From contig CAXXVD010000003.1 in assembly GCA_963662335.2 (NCBI GenBank), forward strand, positions 448,001-512,000: DNA of 64,000 bases, written 5' to 3'. Source of the DNA: Chloroflexota bacterium (GTDB taxonomy: Bacteria; Chloroflexota; UBA11872; VXOZ01). The notes under the pieces were generated by a model. It did not search any database. It was not told where the DNA came from and worked only from the letters and a program-made list of their open reading frames with translations. Made by a program: the position numbers and the translations under genes. Shown in pieces: positions 30,850 through 39,852 of this stretch. The first letter of the stretch is position 1. Each line of letters begins with the position of its first letter.

Positions 30850-32358
30850 ATGAGCAAACAACCGAACATTCTCTTCATCATGTCCGACCAGCAGCAGTAT
30901 GGCACGGCTGGGCCGGCGGCGGATGGGTGGTCGCCGCATTTGGAGCGGTTGGCGCGGGAGGGGATTTGGTTCCGGCGGGGCTATACGGTGACCACGCCGT
31001 GCGCGCCAGCGCGGGCGTCCATTGCCACGGCGGTCTATCCCCACGCGCACCACGTGCTGAACAACTGCCACGTGCCCTACGCCGTCAGCCGCGAAATTCG
31101 CGACGGCGTGCCCACCTGGGGGCCGAACCTGAGCGCGGCCGGGTACCGCATGAGGTACGCCGGCAAGGCGCACATCGGCTGGGAACGCGGGCCGGTGGAA
31201 TATGGTTTCGATACGGAAGAACGCGCGTTCGACAGGGCCGCGTACCTGCGGGACCACCGCATTCGCACCGAGCAGCAGGGCGGCGCGCCCAAGCCGAGCG
31301 CCGGCAGCGGGCCGCGGCCGGGCACGTGGGGCTTCCACGACGCGGCCGGCGTCTACTGGCTCCATTACGGCGTGGAAGACGGGCCGCCGGAAGCCACGAC
31401 CACGGCGATGCAAGCGGAAGCGGGTTTGCAGCAACTACGGGCGCTAGCCGACGAAAACAACGACAATCCGTGGTGCCTCTGGATGAACTTCACCGGCCCG
31501 CACAACCCGTACGTTGTGCCCAAGGAATACGCCGACCGGTTCGACTGGCGCGACGTGCCGGTTCCGCCGAGTTTCTATACGGACGGCGCGGCCAAGCCCG
31601 CCTACGTGCGCCGGGCGCGGGAGACGTGGTTCCGCGAGATCAATGAGGAGCACACCCGCAAATCCATTGCCCACTACCGGGCCTACTGCGCGCTGATCGA
31701 CCATTACGTGGGGGCGGTGCTGGACTTCCTGGACGAATCCGGCCAGGCCGAGAACACGCTGGTGGTCTACACCTCCGACCACGGCGACATGATGGGCGCG
31801 CACGGCCTGTGGTTCAAGGACATCTGGCCCTACGAAGAAACCCACCGCATGCCGTACATCGCGCGCTGGCCGGCGGGATTCGCGGCGGGCCAGGTCTGCG
31901 ACGCCTACGCGCGCACCCTGGACCTGGGGCCGACTTTCTTGGACGTGGCCGGCGCGGAGCCAATGCAAAATGTCCACGGCGTCTCGCTCGCGCCGCTGCT
32001 CACGGGCCAGGACGGCGCCGCCGACCGCCTGGAGCACCGCGAACTCTTCTTGCAGGACCACGGCAACATCTTCTACTTCATGAACCGCACCATCTGCGAC
32101 GGCCGCTATAAGTTCGTCTTCAACGGCTTCGACTACGACGAACTCTACGACCTGCAAGAAGACCCCCACGAGACCTACAACCTGGCGGAAAATCCGCACT
32201 GCGCCGACGTGCGCGAGCGGCTGACCGACCGCCTCTGGGACTGGATGCTGCGGCTGGAAGACCCCTACGCCGGCCGCCAGTACGCGGCGAACGTCATCCT
32301 GGGCCGCAGCGAACCGCCGCCCAATCGCAGAGATCCCTCGCCGCGTAAGCTACTGTGA
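30850..32358 (+). CDS. Cys-type sulfatase
   Basis: PNILFIMSDQ, CAPARAS, GKAH, YTSDHGD and ELYDL..DP.E. Confidence 0.95.
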   Translation: MSKQPNILFIMSDQQQYGTAGPAADGWSPHLERLAREGIWFRRGYTVTTPCAPARASIATAVYPHAHHVLNNCHVPYAVSREIRDGVPTWGPNLSAAGYRMRYAGKAHIGWERGPVEYGFDTEERAFDRAAYLRDHRIRTEQQGGAPKPSAGSGPRPGTWGFHDAAGVYWLHYGVEDGPPEATTTAMQAEAGLQQLRALADENNDNPWCLWMNFTGPHNPYVVPKEYADRFDWRDVPVPPSFYTDGAAKPAYVRRARETWFREINEEHTRKSIAHYRAYCALIDHYVGAVLDFLDESGQAENTLVVYTSDHGDMMGAHGLWFKDIWPYEETHRMPYIARWPAGFAAGQVCDAYARTLDLGPTFLDVAGAEPMQNVHGVSLAPLLTGQDGAADRLEHRELFLQDHGNIFYFMNRTICDGRYKFVFNGFDYDELYDLQEDPHETYNLAENPHCADVRERLTDRLWDWMLRLEDPYAGRQYAANVILGRSEPPPNRRDPSPRKLL

Positions 32359-32587
32359 GCGGGCGCGTTCTTTCGTCTTCTCTGCACGCGCATCGTTCGC
32401 TCTGAGCCTGTCGCAGGGTGAACGTGGTCTGGGACTGCAAGCTTCGGCTAGACTGGGCCAGCAGGCGGAAAGACGCCCCAACGTTGTCGCATAAACGTAG
32501 CGCGGGGGCTTGTCCCCCGCCGGGAGCGCTGGGAACTGCGGTCAAGTCAGCAGATACAGGCGCACGAAGCGTCGCCCCTGCCGCGCC

Positions 32588-32607
32588 GCAGGTTGCAAAC
32601 CTGCGCT
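32588..32607. repeat. Palindromic repeat family G (GCAGGTTGCAAACCTGCGCT)
   Basis: Second copy at about 52253-52272. Confidence 0.7.
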
Positions 32608-32659
32608 ACCGGCCCAGACGTTAGGCGAATTGTGGAAAGGGCTCGTTCCGGGACAAGCC

Positions 32660-33415
32660 ATGAAGCGCGCACTCATCATCCGCCACGCAGAGCCGGAAAC
32701 CCTCGCCGCCAACTTCAGCGGCGTGTTGGCGCGGCACGGCTTTCACCTGGAACCACTCAACGTCTTCGAGGCGGCGCCCGCCTTCGACCGCTTTGCGCCG
32801 CCGCCTTTGCAGCGGGTGGACCTCATCGTGGCGTTGGGCGGCCCGCAGTCGGCCAACGACGACTATCCGGCCATTCACCACGAGCGCGCTTATCTGCGCC
32901 GGGCGCTGGACGCGGGCACGCCGGTGCTGGGCGTCTGCCTGGGAGCGCAAATCATGGCCACGGCCCTGGGCGGCACGGTGGAACCGACCGGCGGCTACCA
33001 GTTCGGGCTGCGCCGGCTCTCGGTGACCGCCGCCGGGGACGCCGACCCGGTCTTTGGCAAACTGGCCATTCCGCTCGTGCCCACCCTGCACGGGGAGTGT
33101 TTCTCCATCCCCCAGGGGGCTATCCGGCTGGCGGAAGGGTACATGCTCCGGCGCGACGGCAGCTACCGCAGAATCAACATGGCCTTTCGCTACGGCAATT
33201 CCTACGGCTTCCAGTTCGAGCCGCAACTGACGCTGGAAGAACTGCGGGTGTGGAACCGGGAACTCGCCGGCGACTACGCATTGATGGGCGACCGCTTCGA
33301 CCCCCACGAGGAAGCGTCCCGACACCTGCGCGAGTTCGCCCGCTACGAACCCCACTACCGGGAGCAGATGGCCAACCTGCTAACGGCCTTCCTCCACAAC
33401 GCGGGCCTGGCGTAA
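32660..33415 (+). CDS. Class I glutamine amidotransferase-like protein with an altered catalytic motif
   Basis: LGGPQS and VLGVCLGAQ present, but QFEPQ replaces QFHPE. Confidence 0.88.
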   Translation: MKRALIIRHAEPETLAANFSGVLARHGFHLEPLNVFEAAPAFDRFAPPPLQRVDLIVALGGPQSANDDYPAIHHERAYLRRALDAGTPVLGVCLGAQIMATALGGTVEPTGGYQFGLRRLSVTAAGDADPVFGKLAIPLVPTLHGECFSIPQGAIRLAEGYMLRRDGSYRRINMAFRYGNSYGFQFEPQLTLEELRVWNRELAGDYALMGDRFDPHEEASRHLREFARYEPHYREQMANLLTAFLHNAGLA

Positions 33416-33490
33416 GGCCGAACTTTCCCCTCACCCCGGCCCTCTCCCGGCGGGAGAGGGAGATTTGAAGCGGCCGGCCCTGTGCATCGG

Positions 33491-33520
33491 TAGACAACGC
33501 GCTCGCCCGTGGTGTATGAT
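33491..33520 (+). promoter_or_regulatory. Sigma70-type promoter of a small transcript
   Basis: TAGACA-N18-TATGAT. Confidence 0.65.
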
Positions 33521-33525
33521 GGGTG

Positions 33526-33670
33526 GCAAGAGAAAGGAGGTGATGCCCATGGATGTAAGTTGTAGATCCAGGGCCGCCTCCGCTAAGTCTCGGTAACGAG
33601 ACCGCGGAGCGGCCGTTGGACAATGAAGGAGCGCTCACGGCGCACGTGCGCCGGGCGCTCCTTTTGTTTT
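33526..33670 (+). ncRNA. Putative structured small RNA or micro-ORF transcript with an extended Shine-Dalgarno
   Basis: AGAAAGGAGGTGAT, a 15-aa ORF (33549-33596), a long GTAA-capped hairpin and an intrinsic terminator with U-tract. Confidence 0.6.
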
Positions 33671-33700
33671 GCTCACGTGAAACGTTTGAGGGCGCGCGCG

Positions 33701-33928
33701 TCACTCGGCGAGCAACTTCATGAGTTCGCGGTTTTTCTCTAGGCTATCCCGGAAGTGCGCCATGACTTCGGGACGGGGTGTGCCGTGTCCGCGCGCAGCG
33801 ATGTAGGAGCGTAGGGCAACTTCCAGTACATCCTCGAATCGCCGACCGTCCTGTCTGGCAAGCGTGTGCAAAGCGGCAAGCAACTCAGGGTCAACCTCGC
33901 TGGTGAACTGCTGGCGTTTCTTGGACAC
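33701..33928 (-). CDS. Ribbon-helix-helix antitoxin-like protein (Doc-partner-like), no adjacent toxin gene
   Basis: GGAGG RBS and GTG start; FTSEVDPELLAAL..LA and terminal NRELMKLLAE. Confidence 0.65.
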   Translation of the reverse strand: MSKKRQQFTSEVDPELLAALHTLARQDGRRFEDVLEVALRSYIAARGHGTPRPEVMAHFRDSLEKNRELMKLLAE

Positions 33929-34036
33929 GTCTGCCTCCGCAAGATTGCAATTGGGGCGGTTAGCGAACCATCGCTGTGCCTGCCCGCGCACTTAGAACAA
34001 TTGAATCAGCCGGTTAGGCTACCTTTCCAGTGTAGA

Positions 34037-34951
34037 CTATCTGGCCGGCGGCGGATAGGTCGGTTTGCTCTCGTACGGCTCCCCGCCGGTGCGGGTGAAG
34101 AAGCCGGTGGTCTGGCTAAAGCCGGCGTCTTTGGCGTAGATTTCCAGTTCCGGCGCGCGCAGGTTGCCGAGGTTGTCGCGCACGGCGGCGATGTTCGGAT
34201 ACGTGGCGGCGACCGTGTGCTCGTCGATGCGAAAGGCGTTGGCCACCGCGCTCATGGCGTCGGTGGCGCGCTCGGCAAAGGTGTACTTGACCTTGAGCGT
34301 CACCGGGCCTGCCAGCTTCAGGGGTTGCACCACGCCGATCTTGCCCAGCGCCCGCACCGCGCCCTCTGCCGCCGCCTCAGCCGCGGCCTGGGGCGTCATC
34401 GAGATGGCGCTGAAGTGGCTGGTGCCCTTCTTCACCGCCACCGTCTCAATGCCGGGTACCAGGTCCGCCGCTTCCAGGCAGGCCCAGTAGTCGCCGGTGT
34501 TGAGCACCGCCGGCACGTCGTGAATGCCCGCGAACGCCACGAAAATGCCGATTTCGCCCACCAGCAGGTCATTCAGCCAGATGCCCTCCACCGCGCTGTA
34601 GGCGCGAGTAATTGGATGGGGAAGAATTGAATGCCGCCAGCAGCCTTTCTCGCGGTTGCCGGCCATCTCGTGGAAACCAACGAGCATGCCGGCGTCGAAA
34701 GTCTCATCGAGCAGTTCCGTGAAGATGTCGTGGCGGGGCAGGCCGTGGATGATCTGCACCGGCTTGGGCAGCTTGTGGTACTCCATAGTGTGGATGGTGT
34801 TGAGGACGATCTCGCTGACGCCGTTGTCCAGCAGCGCCTCGCAGATCGCCGCTAACTCCATGGTGGCGTATTCGCTGGCGTTCAGGTAGCCCTCGCGCCG
34901 GTTGAAGACGCCGGCCACGCCCTCCTGGTCGGCAAAGATGTAGATCTTCAT
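34037..34951 (-). CDS. M55 (DppA-like) D-aminopeptidase
   Basis: MKIYIFADQEGVAGV, VGFH, GEIG, TGD and VAVKKG. Confidence 0.9.
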   Translation of the reverse strand: MKIYIFADQEGVAGVFNRREGYLNASEYATMELAAICEALLDNGVSEIVLNTIHTMEYHKLPKPVQIIHGLPRHDIFTELLDETFDAGMLVGFHEMAGNREKGCWRHSILPHPITRAYSAVEGIWLNDLLVGEIGIFVAFAGIHDVPAVLNTGDYWACLEAADLVPGIETVAVKKGTSHFSAISMTPQAAAEAAAEGAVRALGKIGVVQPLKLAGPVTLKVKYTFAERATDAMSAVANAFRIDEHTVAATYPNIAAVRDNLGNLRAPELEIYAKDAGFSQTTGFFTRTGGEPYESKPTYPPPAR

Positions 34952-35227
34952 CTGTTTCCCCTCACCCTGGCCCTCTCCCACGGGGAGAGGGAACGTCTGT
35001 GTAGCGCGGGGGCTTGTCCCCCGCCTCTTGTGCGCTGCCGATACGGGCCTGCCTAGGCAAGTCCCCTAGATTCCTCGCTGCGCTCGGAATGACATTTACC
35101 GACCCCTGTCAGCACGAGGAAAAGGGACATCCCCGTAGCGCGGGGGCTTGTCCCCCGCCTCGGCGAACACAACAACCCTCACCCTAACCCTCACCCGCGG
35201 GGAGAGGGGATCCTGCGCGGTCCGGCC

Positions 35228-36490
35228 TTACTTTGCGTAGTGCGTGAACACCTTGCGCACCGCGCGGGCCATGTCGTGGATCATCTCTTCCGTGCACTTC
35301 TCGTTGACGTGCCGCACGAGCATGCGTTTCAGGATGCCCTCGGCGTTGGGGCACATGCCGGTGTAGTAGCGCACGTCGCGGCCGCTGGCGGGATCCAGCA
35401 GCGGGTAGGCCGACTCGCCAAAGAAGCGGCGGTTCTTCAGCACGTCGTACTCGTAGATGGGTGTGCGCGTATAGCCCGCGCCGAAGCCGACGCCCTCGTG
35501 GGCAAACGCCTGCGACAAGTCGTCCAGTCCCACGGAGAGTTCCTCCAGCTTGGCCAGCGGGCACCAATTCCAAAAGACGTGGGTGCTCTCCGGCGTGGGC
35601 GCGCGCGGCGGGATGACGCCGGGCACGTCCTCCACCAGGTCGCTGAGCAGATTGCCCCACTTGGTGCGCAGGCCCGTAATCGTCGGCAGCTTGCGCAACT
35701 GGGCCAGGCCCACCGCGCCTTGCAGTTCCGTCATGCGGTAGTTTGGCGCCAGGAAGGGCGGCTGGTTCTCGCGGCCGCTGCGGCCGCGGCCCTTGTTGTG
35801 GGCCAGCATGATGCGTTCGCCCAGGTAGTCGTTGTTCGTGACCGTCATGCCGCCGTCGCCGGTGGTCATGTGCTTGCTCTGCTGGAAGGAGTAGCAGCCG
35901 ATGTCGCCGATGGTGCCGGCGTAGCGGCCGTTGTAGGCCGCCATGTGGGACTGGGAACAGTCCTCGATGACGAGCAGGTTGTGCTTGCGCGCCAGTTCCA
36001 CAATCGGGTCCATGACCGCCGGATTGCCCTGCAAGTGCACCACCATGATGGCCACGGTGCGTTCGGTGATGCAGGCCGCGATCGTCTCGGCGGTGATATT
36101 GCCGGAAATCGGGTCTACGTCGGCAAAGACCGGCACGGCAAGCTGGTAGAGGATGGCAATCAGGCTGCCGATGTCCGTAATCGGCGCGACGATGATCTCG
36201 TCGCCGGGGTTCGGTCCCACTGCCAGCACGCCCACGTGCAGCGCGGCGGTGCCGGAAGTGCTGGTGACCGCGTGCTTGACCCCAAAGGTCTTCTTCCACT
36301 CTTCTTCGAATTGCGTGACCTTGGGGCCGCCGAGCACGTTGAGGTTGCCGGAACGGATTACGTCGGTCAGTTCCGCAATCTCTTCATCGCCGAACATGCG
36401 GCCGCTGATGTCGCTGTTGGTGGGGAACTTATAATCGACGGTCCTCGGGCCGCCCTCAATGGCAAGCTGCTCTTGCTCTACGGTCTGCAT
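35228..36490 (-). CDS. DegT/DnrJ/EryC1/StrS PLP-dependent aminotransferase
   Basis: SGTAALH, PGDEII, IEDCSQ, SFQQSKHMTTGDGG and NYRMTELQ. Confidence 0.95.
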   Translation of the reverse strand: MQTVEQEQLAIEGGPRTVDYKFPTNSDISGRMFGDEEIAELTDVIRSGNLNVLGGPKVTQFEEEWKKTFGVKHAVTSTSGTAALHVGVLAVGPNPGDEIIVAPITDIGSLIAILYQLAVPVFADVDPISGNITAETIAACITERTVAIMVVHLQGNPAVMDPIVELARKHNLLVIEDCSQSHMAAYNGRYAGTIGDIGCYSFQQSKHMTTGDGGMTVTNNDYLGERIMLAHNKGRGRSGRENQPPFLAPNYRMTELQGAVGLAQLRKLPTITGLRTKWGNLLSDLVEDVPGVIPPRAPTPESTHVFWNWCPLAKLEELSVGLDDLSQAFAHEGVGFGAGYTRTPIYEYDVLKNRRFFGESAYPLLDPASGRDVRYYTGMCPNAEGILKRMLVRHVNEKCTEEMIHDMARAVRKVFTHYAK

Positions 36491-36904
36491 GGGGTGTTTC
36501 TCCTTGGGTCGCTGCGGGTCTTACCGGGCACGGAATAGGCGAATCGTTGTCCTCATTGTGGACAAACACCAAGGCGAGCGCAAGTGTGCGCCGCGCCCGG
36601 AGATAGAACGCTCAGGTTGGTAGCCTTTGTAGGAAGCGGTTCGTGTCATTCCGAGCGCAGCGAGGAATCTAGGATGTTCTCGCTCTAGACTCTTCGTCGC
36701 TGCGCTCCTCAGAATGACAGTTGAGAGTTGGCAAAGATATTGAGACGTTATCGTGTTTTGCCTTTGACCAACCCAAGACCATATCGACTAGTCGCGGGCA
36801 GGGGGTGCTTGGGTGTGAGAGGAACGTCGAGAACGAAGGCTCAGTGCCGGCCGTCATTCCGGCGAAAGCCGGAATCCATCTTGCCGCGGCCGCGCTTTTC
36901 AACA

Positions 36905-36943
36905 TAAAAAAGAAAGGACGCACGCTCGTTCGTGCGTCCTTTC
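36905..36943 (-). terminator. Intrinsic terminator after the sulfurtransferase
   Basis: GAAAGGACGCACG/CGTGCGTCCTTTC stem with a T6 tract. Confidence 0.8.
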
Positions 36944-36974
36944 AAGATAAACCAATTTCGCGCGGCGGCAACGC

Positions 36975-37946
36975 CTACGGATTCGAGCCGGTATTGACCG
37001 GCACGTCCGGGTTGTTGCCCCACTCGGCCCACGCGCCGTCGTAGTTCTGGACGTTGTTGTAGCCCAGCAGCCGCGCGACGAAGTAGGCCACCGCCGAACG
37101 CACCGCGGTCTGGCAATGGGCATAGACCACCGTGTCCTCCGAAATGCCGGCGGCGTTGAAGAGTTCCGTGAGTTCCGCGGCCGACTTGAGGGTGCGCACA
37201 TCCGTGCCGTTGAGGTACACCACCCAATCCTGGTTGATGGCGCCCGGAATGTGGCCGCCGCGCTCGGAGCGCGCGTCCCGCCCGGAATACTCGCCGGCGG
37301 AACGGTTATCCAGGATTACGGCATTGCTGTTTTCGTCCGCGATTGCGGCCTGCACCTCATCGATCGTGCCTACCAGCAGCGGATCGAACTCCACCGTGAA
37401 CGTGGTCGCGGCGAACGACGGCACGTCGCTAGTGGCTTCGCGGTCTTCTTCGGCCCACTTGGCGAAGCCGCCGTTCAGCACTTTGGCGTTCTTGTGGCCG
37501 TAAAGCTCGAACGCCCAGAAGACGCGGGTGGCCCACAGGATGTTGCCGCTGCCGTAGACCACAACTTCCTGGTCGTTGCCGATGCCCAGGGCGCCCACCA
37601 GTTCCGCGAACTTGTCCGGCGGCAGCACCATGCCGCTCACCTCGTGATCGGGATCGATGAAGTTGCGCGTGTGGATGTTGATGGCGTTCTTGACGTGGCC
37701 GGCGGCGTATTCGTCGGGGGAGCGCACGTCGATGATGCGCAGATTGGGGTTGTCGAGGTTGGCTGCCAGCCAATCGGTTTCCACCAGCAGGCCGGGGTTG
37801 GCGTAGTCCTGCGGTGGGGCCGGCGCGTCCGCTTCCTGGTCCGCTGCCGGCGCGGCGGCCCCACCGCAGGCGGCGGCGAGCAACGCGCCTCCGGCCGTGA
37901 GACCGGTGAGTTGTAGAAACGTCCGACGGGAAAACCCGCTTAACAT
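36975..37946 (-). CDS. Tandem-rhodanese sulfurtransferase, Tat-exported lipoprotein
   Basis: SRRTFL with LAAAC lipobox; IIDVRS, GHIPGA, active loop CQTAVRS and YDGAWAEW. Confidence 0.93.
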   Translation of the reverse strand: MLSGFSRRTFLQLTGLTAGGALLAAACGGAAAPAADQEADAPAPPQDYANPGLLVETDWLAANLDNPNLRIIDVRSPDEYAAGHVKNAINIHTRNFIDPDHEVSGMVLPPDKFAELVGALGIGNDQEVVVYGSGNILWATRVFWAFELYGHKNAKVLNGGFAKWAEEDREATSDVPSFAATTFTVEFDPLLVGTIDEVQAAIADENSNAVILDNRSAGEYSGRDARSERGGHIPGAINQDWVVYLNGTDVRTLKSAAELTELFNAAGISEDTVVYAHCQTAVRSAVAYFVARLLGYNNVQNYDGAWAEWGNNPDVPVNTGSNP

Positions 37947-38011
37947 TGTCCAATGCCTCCCTATAGTGGTTAGGTCAATCGACTTGAGCACGGTCTGGTG
38001 TACTCCTACCT

Positions 38012-38037
38012 CTATCCTAACTAAACTGATCAAGTAA
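38012..38037 (-). promoter_or_regulatory. Possible Rrf2-family (IscR/CymR-like) binding site
   Basis: AT-rich imperfect palindrome TACTTGATCAGTTTAGTTAGGATA upstream of a sulfur-metabolism gene. Confidence 0.4.
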
Positions 38038-38079
38038 GTCAACAACATGTACGGGTGTTGGACTGCCTGGGTGAGACGG

Positions 38080-38790
38080 TCAGCGCGGCCGCCCGGCGCG
38101 GATGGTGGCGGCGTTCTTCAGGGCTTCGCGCTTGGAGAGGGCGCTGAGGCGGTCGGCGTTGCGGGCGACGTAGTCCGCGACCGTGGGCAGGTCGGTCCAG
38201 GCCAGGTCACGCAGCGCCCAGCCGATGGCCTTGCGGATGAAGAAATCCGGGTCGTCCAGGTTGGGCTCGATGCAGTCGTAGAGCAAGTCCAGGTCGGTGG
38301 CCTCCTTGCGCTTTACTTGGCAGATGATGGACGAGCGGCGCTTCCAGATATTTTCGTCGCGGCTCCAGGCGCGCATGTGGGCGGCCATCGGCCGGGTGTA
38401 GTTGTCCACCAGTTCGCGCAGCTTGTGAGTAGCCACGTCGTCCACCAGGTCCCACCACGCGCCGCTGACCACCATCTCCTCATAGAGCGGCAGGGTCTCC
38501 AGGGTGCGATAGGCGCGGAACGCCGGCGCGCCGGTCACGTCCAGCGCGGCATAACGCTCCTCGCGGTAGGCGGCATTGCGCCAGAGTTCCAGGACGGCCG
38601 CGAGCCACTCTTCCCTGTTGGCAAGGGGGTAGGCACGCAACGCGGCGCGCACGAGTTTGCGGCGCACGGGAGTCTGCACGCCCCGATACGGCATGGCCGA
38701 CTTCATGTAGGCCTGCATGCCCGGCGCTTTCTCCGGGTTGGCGTGGTCGGCCAGCGCCTGGCGGATAGCGGAAACGAGTTCGTGGGCCAT
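38080..38790 (-). CDS. DNA alkylation repair protein (AlkD-like HEAT-repeat glycosylase)
   Basis: MQAYMKS, WWDLVD, NIWKRR, FFIRKAIGWALR and LSKREALK. Confidence 0.92.
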   Translation of the reverse strand: MAHELVSAIRQALADHANPEKAPGMQAYMKSAMPYRGVQTPVRRKLVRAALRAYPLANREEWLAAVLELWRNAAYREERYAALDVTGAPAFRAYRTLETLPLYEEMVVSGAWWDLVDDVATHKLRELVDNYTRPMAAHMRAWSRDENIWKRRSSIICQVKRKEATDLDLLYDCIEPNLDDPDFFIRKAIGWALRDLAWTDLPTVADYVARNADRLSALSKREALKNAATIRAGRPR

Positions 38791-39085
38791 GGCGCACTTC
38801 CGAATCCCTCTCCCCGGGAGATCTCTGCTGAACCCCTTCCACCTCGAGGGGCTGGCAGGAATAGGTGTATGTCATTCCGAGCGCAGCGAGGAATCTAGAG
38901 GTGCTGATTCTGCTGGGCAACGCCTTAGATTCCTCACTCCGCTGCGCTCCGTTCGGAATGACAGGTGAAGTTGCTTGTAGAGTATCAGCCCCTGTCAGCC
39001 GGTGAGAGGAGTAGAGTGAGGGGACTCCTAGACGTGGGCATACTCAACCGCTACCGCACGCCCAAGAAAGGCGGAAGCCAAGCCT

Positions 39086-39379
39086 TCAACCCGCCTCCGC
39101 CAGCGGTATGGGGGATGCGCCGCTGTAGTGGACGCCGATGTCGCTGGCCAGGGTCTCCTGGTACTGCCAGTCGGGCACCAGGCAGCGGTAGGGCTTGCGC
39201 AGGAGCACGCGCGGCTCGCCCTGCCACTGGGTGGCGGCCAGGGAGCGCGTCAGATTGACCTGCTGGTACGCCTGCGCGTCGTCCAGCGACGTGTGCAGCG
39301 AGTAGCCGTCCGGATAGTAGCGCCCCTCAGTGGCGCGCCGGCCCCACTCCACGCACCACAAGGCTTGTTCATCCCGCAT
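39086..39379 (-). CDS. Hypothetical protein
   Basis: ORF with GC3-biased codons; no recognisable family. Confidence 0.55.
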   Translation of the reverse strand: MRDEQALWCVEWGRRATEGRYYPDGYSLHTSLDDAQAYQQVNLTRSLAATQWQGEPRVLLRKPYRCLVPDWQYQETLASDIGVHYSGASPIPLAEAG

Positions 39380-39488
39380 TGGTATTCCCATTCTTGACAA
39401 TCGATTGCTCAGTCTGCAACTTTGACGCGTTCATCGGGTTGCGGACGACTTGGAGACGACCCAATTGCGTATCTAGTGCAGAAGGATG

Positions 39489-39704
39489 TCAACCACCGAA
39501 TATGCGAATTGCGCCAACAAGAACTGCTGCCCACACGGCCATCCCGCCAATCATCCAGCGGGTCAGGCGGATCTCCATCTCGCGGAAGTCAGTCCTCAGT
39601 TTGGCCATTTCGGTCTTTAGGTTAGCAATGTCGGCCTTCGTTGCCAGATGTTCGTAGACGCCTTCAAGGCGACTGAGCCGTTCTTCTACCGTGAGCGCGG
39701 CTAT
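39489..39704 (-). CDS. 71-aa DUF1640/CCDC90-like microprotein with a non-canonical (ATA/CTG) or mutated start (not in the ORF track)
   Basis: AAGGAG RBS; IAALTVEERLSRLEGVYEHLATKADIANLKTEMAKLRTDFREMEIRLTRWMIGGMAVWAAVLVGAIRIFGG. Confidence 0.7.
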   Translation of the reverse strand: MAALTVEERLSRLEGVYEHLATKADIANLKTEMAKLRTDFREMEIRLTRWMIGGMAVWAAVLVGAIRIFGG

Positions 39705-39852
39705 GACCAGATTCTCCTTGTGTACTGCGCTGCCCTCTCATTCTATCACGCGGATTGGAAAAGTACTCCTAAGTAATCCTGTGGCTTTCACACTTGAAAC
39801 TTGCCACACAGCGGATGCGGCCCTCGTGCATCCCTTGGGCTCTCGCTTCGTA

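Noticed and set aside
33549-33596. Type I toxin peptide
   Set aside because: The peptide is short and hydrophilic with no transmembrane helix; kept only as part of the small-RNA finding
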